The notes under the pieces are model-generated. The model was not told the origin of the DNA. It made no database searches and saw only the letters and a list, made by a program, of their open reading frames with translations. From assembly GCA_905178155.1 (NCBI GenBank), contig CAJINV010000001.1, positions 9,383,865 through 9,447,864 on the forward strand: a stretch of 64,000 bases of DNA, in the 5' to 3' direction. Source of the stretch: Amoebophrya sp. A120. Taxonomy: Eukaryota; Protista; Dinoflagellata. Below are positions 53,521-64,000 of this stretch, in pieces. Made by a program: the position numbers and the translations under genes. Position 1 is the stretch's first letter. Each line of letters begins with the position of its first letter.

Positions 53521-53930
53521 AACCACTTTGAAGGCCATGTAGTCGGTAAACAAGTAGTTTCATTTTTTAGGAATTATTTTCATCAACAGCAAGTATTCAA
53601 TATACCTTATCTACTAACTGATCTAGTACATCTACCGATGAAGATAGAACAAAACCTAGGTTTCAACGAGCTCGTAGTTCGTGTTTGTGAAGTAATTTTC
53701 GTTAAAAACGATTTGGATTCCTCGTCATTCTAAAAAAACCTAGGCGTAAGAAGAAAAGAATATTTTTTGATGTAATAAAAAAGGGAAGTACCTGTACCAT
53801 TTTGTTTCAGGGAAAGAGAAGAACGACAGCTATCGCTATCAGTGAGAAAGAAGCAATCCAGTCCTATTTCTGAGCTTAACCTGTGTTTTCTCTTTTACCA
53901 ATTACGACGGTAATTGAGTAAGAAAACGAA

Positions 53931-55303
53931 ATGGCGCGTTCAAAGAAATCGGGTAAAGTGGACGAGAAATCCGTCCAGAAGTCGGGCAACAAGGGGGCAA
54001 AACTACCAGCACAGACCTACGAGCAAAGGGTAGACGAGTTTCGACGGGATGCTGCGGAATACAACAGTACCTACTTGTTTTATGACGAGTATCTCCGAGT
54101 TTGTTTGTTGACGTCGTGGGTGTTTCATGATTGGTTTGAGACGTCTTTTACGTTTTATACCCTTGGAAAAGCTTTTCTTTGTTTCGTATGTCAATGTCTA
54201 CATACAACTGCGACAACCTCAACCTCAGCTAACCCTGGTGGCATTTACGCGCAGCAGTCCGCATCCTCCAGTTCACGAGCGCCACCACAGTACGCGCAGC
54301 AAGGACTGTATGTGGATCAGAACGGGATTATGCAACAGGCCGGAGGGTACATACAGCAGCAGCAGATGCTGGACCCAAACCTCCAGCAGGGGCAGGGCGT
54401 CTACATTGCGGGCCAGCCACAGCAGCCGGACTATGGACTCGGTGGTGGTATGATCGGCGGGGGCGGTGGCCCGAACATCGTGGTGAAACACAAAAAAAGA
54501 GCAAAGCCAGGTAATTACGACTGAGAAAGTTGATTGGTAGTCTTTTTTCTTTGTTTGTTGTGGGCACGACAACTTTTATGATCTTTCTATCACTTCGTTT
54601 TCAATGAGCTCGTGCTGCAGAAATACTAGAGTTTTAATACAATTTCAATTTACTTTTTATGCGTTGTTGAACAAACTGCAGGGGAGAAGGCACTGAAAGA
54701 GATCCGCGCCCTGCAAAAGTCCACCGATTTGCTCATCAGAAGGGCACCCTTCCAGAGGATGGTGCGGGTACAGAAGCACACTTTGTTTTTTCTGTTTCGT
54801 CTGGTGCCTTTTGCTTCTGTGTTGGTTTTTGGAAAAGGAAATTCACGAATCTAGTAGAGAAAAACAGGTGATGTGCATTGCAATGATGAACATTGTTCTA
54901 GCTGGAAGTAAACGTGGAAACAAAGACAATGCAAACTCAAACACACAATCTATCCCAGGAAATCGTGCACGCCCTAGACGAGAAGAAGCAGATCCGGTTT
55001 CAGAGCCAGGCCCTGGTCGCGCTGCAGGAAGCGTCAGAAGCCTACATGATCGGCTTGCTAGAGGATACAAAGTACTTTTTACTTTATTTTTTAATGCTTT
55101 TTTTTTTACATTTTGGGTTTTCCACCATTATTCGCTGTTCTTTTATTTGTTTGATGTTGTCAATCGCAGAGTTGACGTTTCACATTTGCAATCGTCATCA
55201 AAACTACAGCCTCTGTGCGTTGCACGCGAAGCGAGTCACCATCATGCCGAAGGATCTGCACCTGGCGCAGCGGCTGAGAGGAGACAACACTCTCAAGAAG
55301 TAA
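53931..55303 (+). CDS. Divergent histone H3 variant with a long Q/G-rich N-tail (~236 aa); exons 53931-54066, 54229-54510, 54682-54767, 54959-55071, 55210-55303
   Basis: Spliced histone fold [33 protein letters not shown]...[45 protein letters not shown]; first intron boundaries less certain. Confidence 0.9.
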
Positions 55304-56800
55304 GTTTGAGTGCGGAAGTAGAACATCACGGGGTGAAAAATGAAAACCTTGTGTAAGCCGCTGCTGGATCCGAATACTTCTTTGCCTGGTTCTTCTTATG
55401 AACTACCATGCTATTCATTGTTGCTCTCGCAGCTCTCAAGAGCCCGATTCGCTCACATCGAGAACCAACTTAATACGAATCAGCATCTTCTAGAATTACT
55501 TCTTTACGCGACGCTTCTTCAATGAAACACTTCTGTTTTAAACTTATCCTTACACTTCTTCGAAAAATATGAATTCGGCCTCGTGCGAATTCGAGCACCT
55601 CGATGTCTACTTTAAATGTGATTTATTACGCAAAAAGAGATGGCATGAAATTCATCTTGTCTGAAACACTTCCTCGTACTATTTGTGATGAACTCTGCAA
55701 GAAGCTTTGTATGTCTGAAAGCTTTACGTGGTTGGCGTGGACGAGACTGTAAGCATGGTTTCGCTACCGCAAAAATCTCCGAACGTATTCAAGATAACCT
55801 CTTGTGTAGTGGTGATGTGGGGTCGTATTATTTTTTGACAGTTGCAATGAGTGATGGCATTGGCGACAGAAAATATTATATACGATACCTTTCTTCATCA
55901 TCCCCACGACGACGACACGCCCCCAGTGACAAAGACAACTCGGAGTGCATCCTGTCTGTATCTGTAACCTGTCGACGTAAAGCAAGTGGTAATGGAAGAA
56001 CTCACATCGCGTTTGCGATTGCGGTTTTCCCGTGGTGATTGTGTGAACCTTGACGACGAGGATAACAAAACAAAAATTGAAAAGTGGAGAACCAGCGACA
56101 AAGAAAGAAAAACAGCGACAGAATACAACTATCCCCACATGAAGATGAACTCATAATTGAGGTCGACATGCCGGTGGAAAAGCATAATTTAAGTACGTTG
56201 TTCTTGGGGACTGTTGTTCTCTGAAATAACACGAAGGAATTTGCTACATTTGCAGGCTGTATTTTTGCATGCATTTGCTATGTTTGATTTTGACGGCCGG
56301 GAATGAAATCGAAAGTGGTCAAGAGATCCCTTCTACTTGCTTTTTGCCTTGGTCTTTTGTGAACCTGTCACTTACTTAAGGATCCGCAATTAGAAGGCAC
56401 ACTGAAAAACGACGGATTTCTCTCGCTAGCCGATCATTTGTACACACCTATTGAAGTAGCAACCCTAACTCTGTTTCGACCAACTTTTTTTTACTTAGAG
56501 TTAGAGCCTCTGCATTTCAGCGGCAACGCAAGTGAAGCCCACTGCTTTACCATGTTTTTATTCGCTTACGATTACCAGCTGTCGCTGTGTCACTTTTTGT
56601 GGAATAGCCAAAGCCAAACGGATATTTTGGCAACGCCCGCCAGCATTCCTCACTAGCGCTAGACCTAGATATCCTCCGTTTGTTTGCACGACACGAAGAT
56701 TTTCACTAGCGTCACTAAGTCCTTACATCATATGATTAAAGAAAAATAAGGAAGTAAATAAAGAACAAGTAGTAGATTTTTCGCATTTCTTCCCGAAAAC

Positions 56801-59800
56801 ATGGTTGGCGCTTTGCCTCTTCCGGTTGTGCAGCGCGTTCCGGATTGGAATGTGGACCTACTGGAACAGATTCCGGATCCGCAGCTGCGAAGCCAGCCCC
56901 GGAAGTACGTTTTGAACAGCGACGTGAGAAACATCAAACAGGCACCGACACTTCCCGAGAAAATAAAAGACATGAAGCAGGATACCGTGCTGGACGGGTT
57001 GCATTTCGTGCAGGTAAGAATTGAGCGTGGGGAGATATTTCTCGAAAATTCTTGCAAGTAGTCATGCTCAGGGTATTTCTTTGATGTGATTCATGGTGAC
57101 CAATCATTCCTTTTTTTGTTTTGTCAATCCTCCATCACTCGAAGTCGAACTAGGACGGAATTACAGATAATAAAGCACGTCCCACGATGACGATGAACAC
57201 AAGATCATTCGTTCTTACATACAGCTCCAGAAACTGACTAACCTTGCGCACCCAATATATACTTGCGCCGGCGGTGAGGGCTATTTCAAGACTTTTAGCA
57301 CATGGTGCCTTCATCTGGTCGACGCCCGCGGCCAGAACATTCAGGCGGTCGAGTTTGAATCGCTGAAATCGCTTGGCATCACGTTTGAAAAGGCGCTTCC
57401 GGGGACGAAATTACTAATTGGACCAAGGGTATTTTTCGTGTTTGCACGGCAAAGTGTTTTTATACGTAAGTATCAGTATCTGCATCAGCACCTTCGTGTG
57501 TGACGGCGAAGGCCGCGAGCACCCTCTTGAATAAAAATATTCTGCAAGAGTACGACTCCCGTATTATGCATGGATATCGATTCTCAGGATGTTTCTTTGT
57601 TTTGGAATTTTTGCATTGTGCTGCCTCTGTTCTGTTGCGCCCTCATATAAGTAATTCAACATCTTCCTATCAGATCCACATCCGGGGCGGGTACCTGTTC
57701 CTGACCAAGAAAAATGTGAAGTTTCTCGGAGGCGAGGTGGAGCGGATGCTGGAACAGCATCAGAACTTCCTCAACGCGCCGCCAAAAGTAGTATGGCTCG
57801 CAAACTTGCCCGCTTCGCAGAAAAAAGGTATGTGTTTTTATTGTGACTTGCTGATTTTTCCTTGGTTTTGAGTATTTCTTCTATTTCCTCCAAGCAATAC
57901 TAATACACGAAGATGCGCGCCGCTGAAGGATATTATGATGTATGGACATCCTCTCTAGTACCTTTCATCTGAGCGTCAAAATGAAACCCATTCCTACAAA
58001 ACGAAATACACAGAACTAACTCGACTGGACGCGGACGACAAGCCGCCCGAGTTCGTTCCCTTCATCACGAACGGCAAGGTGTCCCGGGTCATCACGGAAG
58101 TTCCTGTGGACGCTATTACAAGGAAAAATGCCCCCACCCCCGAACTTGGGAGCATTTGTATTGCAAACCTTTCCAAATGACACATTCGCCCTCTTGCATC
58201 TATCAGCATAACAGGTTTCCAATCGACGTGAATAGCAAAAATTTGTATTGCAAAAGACACAAGCAAGAGCGGCGCTTGTCATGCAAGCGATGCGATACAC
58301 GCCTAGACTCTACATCAGAAAGATTCCTACTCCTTTCATGCATGACAGAAAGTTTTCATTTGGAAAATTCGCATCACGAACTTTTGCAACTTTGGGGGTG
58401 GGGGCATTTTTCGCTTTAATAGACGCCCAGGATATGGACGTGGAGGACGAGGACGACGACTGGGTGGCCGAGGACGAAAACTACTGGCAGGAAGATAAGC
58501 CGCGCAAAAACGTCCCCACCCCAGAGTCAAGATGGGGATCGCGCAACACAAGTCGAAAAGTTTTGGGAATCACGCATGACAAGTTCCTCTCGGTATTGTA
58601 GTGCAGTTTAGCAAGTGCAGCCGCATCACAAAGCTATCTACCCATCCTGTTTACAGCATTACAAAGTCGAACTCCAAAACGCGACTGGAAGTGGAAATGC
58701 CACTCATGGGGATGCGCATTACAAATCTTTCTGTGATTGCAAATCTGCATGACAGCTATGGTGTGGGGACGTTTTTGCTCAGGATAGAAGAGGAGGAAGA
58801 AAACTACGAGCACTTCAACTACCAAGCGGTAAACCAGCAACACCAAAGGGGAGGCGGAGGCCACGGACAACATCAAAATTATGATCAGTACAGCTACAAC
58901 GAGCACGGTAATGGGAAAGCCGGCGCTGCTGGCAACAAGCACAGTAAAGACAAAAATGACCACCACTACGGTGGTTCTTACGGCACTAAGAATTACGACT
59001 ACAACGACAAGAACAATCGAGGAGGCAACTACAATAACTCAAGTAGCTCTTACGACAAAAATTACGACAAGGACAACAACTATGGTGATGGAAAATACAA
59101 CAGCAAAAGTAGCAAGCAGAATGGCGGTTCGGGTTCGTCCTACAACAAAAACTACAACAACGACAAGAGCTCCTATAATAACAATAAGAATCAGGAGCAG
59201 CCTGGAGGTGGAAAATACGGGAAACATAACCAGTACGACAACAACTACAACGACCAGAACACTTACGGGTCTGGTGGCGGAAAGAGCGGCCCATCCTCCG
59301 GGGCGGGTGGAAGCAAGACTGACGGCAACGACTTCAAAGGCGGTAAGAAGCAGCCCGACAACAAAGGTGGGAATGACTACTACGACCAGAATCTGAATCA
59401 ACAACAACAGCAGCCGATGCGTGGGCCATCGTACAACAGCCAGTATGCTCCTGAACAGCAGCAACAGAGACCACCACCGCAGCAGATGTACAACAATCAG
59501 GACATCAATCAGCCACAATACAACACCCAGCAGCATCTCCCAAATATGCAGCATCAGCAGCAGCTTGGACCCCCGCCTGGTGGATACAACCAGCACCCAA
59601 ATCCCGCCCCACCACAGCAGATGCAGAATAACTTTCATCAGCAAGGCCCAGGCGTCCCTCCCGGTGGAGGAGGGCACATAGACTCGCTCAATCGTATGAA
59701 CTACGGAAATTACAACAACATGAATCAGCAATTACAGCCGCCCCCACAACAGCAGCCCCCTGTCGTGCCACAGCAGCAGTATGGTCAAAACCCCAACTTT

Positions 59801-59920
59801 ATCCCACCCCCGCGACAAGACATGAATTTTCAACAACAGCAAAATTTCCAACAGCCGCACAATAACATGCCTCCGCCGGCAGGAAAGGGGAATCACATGA
59901 TGTATGGGAAAAAGTTTTAG
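56801..59920 (+). CDS. TDRD3/RMI1-like OB-fold protein with an N/Q/Y/P-rich low-complexity C-terminus; exons 56801-57013, 57225-57428, 57674-57827, 58014-58113, 58427-58495, 58792-59920
   Basis: AVEFESL...PGTKLLI...GYLFLTKKNVKFLGGEV followed by PPEFVPF; exons sum to 1869 nt in frame. Confidence 0.8.
58114..58421. mobile_element. Introner family D subfamily 1 (308 bp), TSD GACGC
   Basis: TIR TATTACAAGGAAAAATGCCCCCACCCCC; GACGC at 58109-58113 and 58422-58426; inverted homologue of 8320-8625. Confidence 0.93.
58496..58786. mobile_element. Introner family E (291 bp), TSD GAAGA
   Basis: TIRs TAAGCCGCGCAAAAACGTCCCCAC / GTGGGGACGTTTTTGCTCAGGATA; GAAGA at 58491-58495 and 58787-58791; removal gives YWQEEEEENY. 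Confidence 0.88.
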
Positions 59921-61241
59921 ACCCGAGGTCTCGCTGTTCTTTATTGCAGAAGCGTGCTTGTTCTTTCGGAGCATGCATTTCATCCTGTTCCGATTTTGCA
60001 ATAGAGCGCGGTAGAAGAGTACTGTGGTAGTGGAACAACTTAAGTATGCGGGTGCGCGTAATTTTTCGTCATGGTTATGATTAGGTAGTATCTTATGAGG
60101 AGAACTTTCGAAGAAAGATAAAGCTTTGAAATACTGCTATCTAAGTTGATAAGAAGCTGTCGCTGGAGCTGAATGACGCATACTAGCAACAGCTTGGTAT
60201 TGATAAAAGCCACTGGTACTTCAGTCATCGCGCACGTGTTCTGGGTTAGATGCAAACGATCTGGATTATTTGCACGCAACCTTTAGATGCAGGTCTCACT
60301 TTGTTAGTTCGCATCCAGCGGGGGTTTTTGGTTTTCGCAGAACTTGGTCAAAAGAGCAAAGCAAACTAGGCAAATGAGTTCCTTACGTTGTGTCAATGAA
60401 TTATTCGGTGTGATTTTTGTGACTCAGACGCGTCAAGTGCAGATGCTGGCTCTGCTACAGTATCTCACCGGTCTCAATTGAAACAGAAGTGTACGGCACT
60501 GGCGAAAATATTCGACGGCGCTTTTCATTTCATATCGTGAAGTCTTGTATACCGTGCAGGTGAGCACTCAACCTCAAGCTTGGTTTCCTATGATCTTCGT
60601 GCCCAGAGTCATCAGCATCGGTTTCGGTCCCCAGATTTTGTCTACCCCCTGCATTAGACGATGCTCGCAGATGAAATAAGTACTTAAGTCAGACAAGCAG
60701 AACATTTGCCACTAGCTACGACTTCTACCATTTGTTTTATTCCGCGCATACTAGCTAAATAGCTGCAACTGCATACGATTACTTAGGCATGTGACTTGAG
60801 AATCTGGATGCATCAGTTGGGAGTCCCGCTGCCTCTTTCACGATTATGCATCCTATTACGTTAGGAGTAGAGCAAGGAAGTGCTTTTTTTTTTCTCCCCG
60901 ATGACCGTTTGCGTTTGGGTCCCTCGAGGGTTTTTGTCATACTCTATCTTTTCCTGTGCAGACAGTAGAAAACCAAAATGTTGAAAACATCTTCTATTTT
61001 CCGAAGTTTGCTTTGTTGAGTCACTCTGCTCACTACAGACATGCATCTGTCCTTTTTGGTGCAAAATATAAATAACACACACTAAACTTGAATGTATTTT
61101 TCGTTGGTCATCGTCATGGTCATGAACTAAGTGACTATACCTTACGACTACGTTTTCACTCATATCCACAACATTATTTTTCAGACTTTTATTTTAGTTT
61201 TACTCCCACTTGTTTGCACTCTGCTTTTCCCTTCCGTCATT

Positions 61242-64000
61242 ATGACATCTTCTTCAGTAAGCCCGGCTCCGCCGCCAGTAGTGCGGACTTCCATTCCGTA
61301 TGACCCCACGTTCCGGTGGATGACACCTGTGCTTCTGAAAGCCCGCAGGGACCAGGTGAACATTGCAGACTTGCCACCTCTGGTCACCGATGATGTGCTG
61401 GACCCGGACCCCGAGCCTCTCCACACGTCCCTCCTCACCCGGATCTGGAAGGAGGAAAAACCGCGCATGCTGAAAGCGCTCGCAATCCAGATGACGCAGG
61501 TCGCGTCGCAGTTGTGCGTGCCGCTGATTACCCATTCGTTCATTCTGTCCTTCGAGTGCGACAACTCGGACGCGGCGAACGAGGTGCTGGTGGTCCCCAT
61601 GCTGGACCACGCAACGACCGAGTACAACTCGGTGACCGGGCAGCACTACTCCGTCCCGAGCAAAACATGCGACGGGGATTCCACCACGATCGACTGGCGA
61701 TTGGCTTATTACGGCGTGGGGTTGTTTTTCTGCGCGTTGAGCAATTTGGTGTGCGGAAACTTGTCCTTGCACCTCATGATGAACATCGGGCAGCGGCTGC
61801 GTGCGCTGTCGATCCAATTGGTTTGGAAACGAATTTTGGAAACCAATTCCGCGGACCTGGACCAGGGCCTGGCTCTCAATTTGATCGCGAGCGATAGCCA
61901 GCGGTGGGTCGAGGTCGCGCCGCTGTTTCAGCAGATGTACCAAGCACCGATTCTGATCGCGGTGTGCTCCGTCTTCCTCGTGATTCTGATGGGCCCGTCG
62001 GCGGCGATCGTGATCACGGGCTTGAGTCTGATGATCACGTTTAATGTTCTAGTCGGCGGGCTACTCTATAAAGCGCGGGCGAGAAGGCAAGTTTTTCTCG
62101 ACGAGCGGATGCGGCTGTGCAACGAGTTGTTGCTGGGCATTCGTGTCGTCAAGTATTTCGCGTGGGAAAAGCCCTACATCGACAAGATCGAGGCCGTCCG
62201 CAAGTTGGAACTGTTCTACGCGCGTCGCGAGTTGTTGCTGAATTCCGCAAACATGATTCTGTACACGTTTTGGCCGCAGTTCACCATCGCGATGGCCCTG
62301 ATCCACTACTCCATTCACGGCGGACTACTGACCCCGGGCAGGGCCTTCGGGATTTTATCCTTCATTGGGGTTCTGCGCTTCCCGCTGATCCAGCTCGGAC
62401 ACACGCTGTCTGGCGTCGCACAGATTGTGGTCGTCATCCGAAGGACGCAGCAATTTTTGAGGAAACGAGACTCGACGGAAGAGGCGATTTTTGATGATAG
62501 TACCGCAGGTCGAGCAGGAGGTGACCACCTACCGCTACTTCGCACGGAAGGAGATACAATGATGTTGGAGGACATTCAAGTGCTACAACCGGAGGAGCAG
62601 GTCGCTAAAACAAGAAGTGCTGACATCGATCTAGAGACCGGCGCGCTGCCTGCAAATACGCCTGCGCGTCTGGCCGATAAAACGACTTCCCCCGTAGCTG
62701 CACAAGAACACACGACCCTGATTGCGCGCCTCGCCCACGCGGACATTCGGTGGTCTGCGGCAGCGCAGGCCTTGCAGGCAAAGAAGGCGAAAGAACTGGA
62801 GGAGCAGAGGAAAAAGAAAGAACAGCAGAGCTCTTTTGCCGCGACGTTGCAGGCACGCGCAACCGTGATGGCGGGACGCGCGAAATCTCGAACCTCAGCG
62901 ATTGTGATGGGCAGTGTTCTCGGAATGTCCAGTCCCAAGGCAGAGGAGGCGGGAGATCATGTCAACAGGGGGAGCTTGATGAAGGAAGAGGTGCTGGAAA
63001 AACGAGAAACGGAAGAAATAAATCGCGATAGTAGAAGCAGCTCTAAGCAAGCGCAAGCGGAAGGTGAGTCGGCCCCTATTTCCGGGGAACTTCTCCCGAT
63101 CCGCGGGAGTGACGCAAACAAAACTGAACTAGCTCTCGAAAGAACATCAAAGTCTGACCTTGCCCTTCTCCGAAACGTCACACTCGATTTCCATCGTGGG
63201 GAAATTGTCGTCCTGTTTGGCCGCGTAGGAGCGGGAAAAACCACCCTGCTGCACACTTTTCTGCGCGAGACCCAGGTTGAGCGAGCAAATCATGGTCCGA
63301 CTTTACCAGCTACAAGCGCATCAAAAAATGCCGCAAGTAACCAAACCGCGGCGCCCTTCGTTTTCCCGGCGCTGGATTACCGCATGGCTTATGTTGCGCA
63401 AACCGCCTGGATCCGGAACTGTTCTATCCGCGAAAACATTCTTTTTTTCCGCAAGTACGACAAATTGAAGTACCACCGCGCCATGCGAATCGCTCAGTTG
63501 CGCGACGACGTGGCTCAGTTTCCGCACAAAGACCGCACCCAGATCGGGGAGCGGGGCGTCACCTTGAGTGGCGGGCAGAAGATGCGCGTGGCGCTTGCAC
63601 GTGCGATCTACGACCTTGACGAGCTGGACGTGTTGTTACTGGACGATCCCTTCGCCGCGCTCGACGTGCACACGAGTCGCGCTGTCCAAAAGAGGTTGCT
63701 GCAGAGTCTGGATCCGCAGAAGCAACTGACAGTGCTGGCGACCAGCCAGCACCCCCGCAGCTGGGAGGGGCAGGGGGACTGCGTGAAGCGCATCGCGATC
63801 AGCCGACGGAACGGGAAAGTGAGTGCGCTGGAACTGGCGGGGGAGATGATACTACCTGCGGGAAAAAACAGTCCGAAAAATGGATCTGCATCGCCAGTAG
63901 CGGTGGACACCGATGCCATCAGTGTCAGCTCCATAGAAGACGAAGAAGGTGCTGCAGGAGATGTTGATGCTGATGACGGCGCCGACAGTCCTGATCTTAT
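61242..64000 (+). CDS. ABCC/MRP-family ABC transporter (TMD1 and NBD1), truncated by the window end
   Basis: Same frame from ATG 61242: FRWMTP..DLPPL, DERMRL.NELLLGIRVVKYFAWE, Walker A GRVGAGKT, LSGGQKMRVALARA, LLDDPFAALD; missing from the ORF track because no stop is reached. Confidence 0.92.
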   Translation, partial: MTSSSVSPAPPPVVRTSIPYDPTFRWMTPVLLKARRDQVNIADLPPLVTDDVLDPDPEPLHTSLLTRIWKEEKPRMLKALAIQMTQVASQLCVPLITHSFILSFECDNSDAANEVLVVPMLDHATTEYNSVTGQHYSVPSKTCDGDSTTIDWRLAYYGVGLFFCALSNLVCGNLSLHLMMNIGQRLRALSIQLVWKRILETNSADLDQGLALNLIASDSQRWVEVAPLFQQMYQAPILIAVCSVFLVILMGPSAAIVITGLSLMITFNVLVGGLLYKARARRQVFLDERMRLCNELLLGIRVVKYFAWEKPYIDKIEAVRKLELFYARRELLLNSANMILYTFWPQFTIAMALIHYSIHGGLLTPGRAFGILSFIGVLRFPLIQLGHTLSGVAQIVVVIRRTQQFLRKRDSTEEAIFDDSTAGRAGGDHLPLLRTEGDTMMLEDIQVLQPEEQVAKTRSADIDLETGALPANTPARLADKTTSPVAAQEHTTLIARLAHADIRWSAAAQALQAKKAKELEEQRKKKEQQSSFAATLQARATVMAGRAKSRTSAIVMGSVLGMSSPKAEEAGDHVNRGSLMKEEVLEKRETEEINRDSRSSSKQAQAEGESAPISGELLPIRGSDANKTELALERTSKSDLALLRNVTLDFHRGEIVVLFGRVGAGKTTLLHTFLRETQVERANHGPTLPATSASKNAASNQTAAPFVFPALDYRMAYVAQTAWIRNCSIRENILFFRKYDKLKYHRAMRIAQLRDDVAQFPHKDRTQIGERGVTLSGGQKMRVALARAIYDLDELDVLLLDDPFAALDVHTSRAVQKRLLQSLDPQKQLTVLATSQHPRSWEGQGDCVKRIAISRRNGKVSALELAGEMILPAGKNSPKNGSASPVAVDTDAISVSSIEDEEGAAGDVDADDGADSPDL

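Noticed and set aside
221-54681. AG|G or CAG|G direct repeats at many GT-AG introns as possible old TSDs
   Set aside because: Explained by the ordinary exon-junction consensus; no TIRs present
3273-58601. Recurrent ORF-track peptides (LPDPDIF, MTNHVTVENVTFENP, KRYILNCYM, MYRIACMTSA)
   Set aside because: They are chance translations of the repeated elements, not a protein family
1-64000. Autonomous transposase or reverse transcriptase for the elements
   Set aside because: No DDE, RT or recombinase motifs recognised; elements are too short, so the superfamily is left unassigned
1-64000. CRISPR arrays, tRNA/rRNA genes, relict dinoflagellate spliced-leader sequence
   Set aside because: None seen by eye; repeats are dispersed TIR elements rather than regularly spaced arrays

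Overview
Eukaryotic, gene-dense DNA with about 17 protein-coding genes, all on the + strand, most with short introns of ~120-260 nt. Recognisable genes: a TraB-family protein with an inserted PA-like domain, a long coiled-coil protein, two paralogous unknown genes, a two-domain glyoxalase I, two tandem STE20/OSR1-like kinases, a large fucosyltransferase-like ORF, a GBF1-type Sec7 ARF-GEF, a Ubc7/UBE2G E2, a divergent histone H3 variant, a TDRD3/RMI1-like OB-fold protein and an ABCC transporter that runs off the window. The dominant hidden structure is a set of 14 short (122-350 bp) non-autonomous TIR elements from 6 sequence families. All lie inside coding sequence, start TA(T), end ATA and are flanked by a 5-bp target-site duplication (13 perfect, 1 degenerate). 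Removing each element plus one TSD copy restores the host reading frame, yet 12 of 14 cannot be given GT-AG or GC-AG ends at the precise junction, and three pairs occur in opposite orientations. All families carry multiple copies of one motif (GCATNACAR) despite unrelated TIRs, and 8 of 14 sit in close pairs around 33-69 nt micro-exons. This matches the non-canonical introner elements known from Amoebophrya-type (Syndiniales) genomes; the taxon is an inference. Gene models were built by hand without transcript data.
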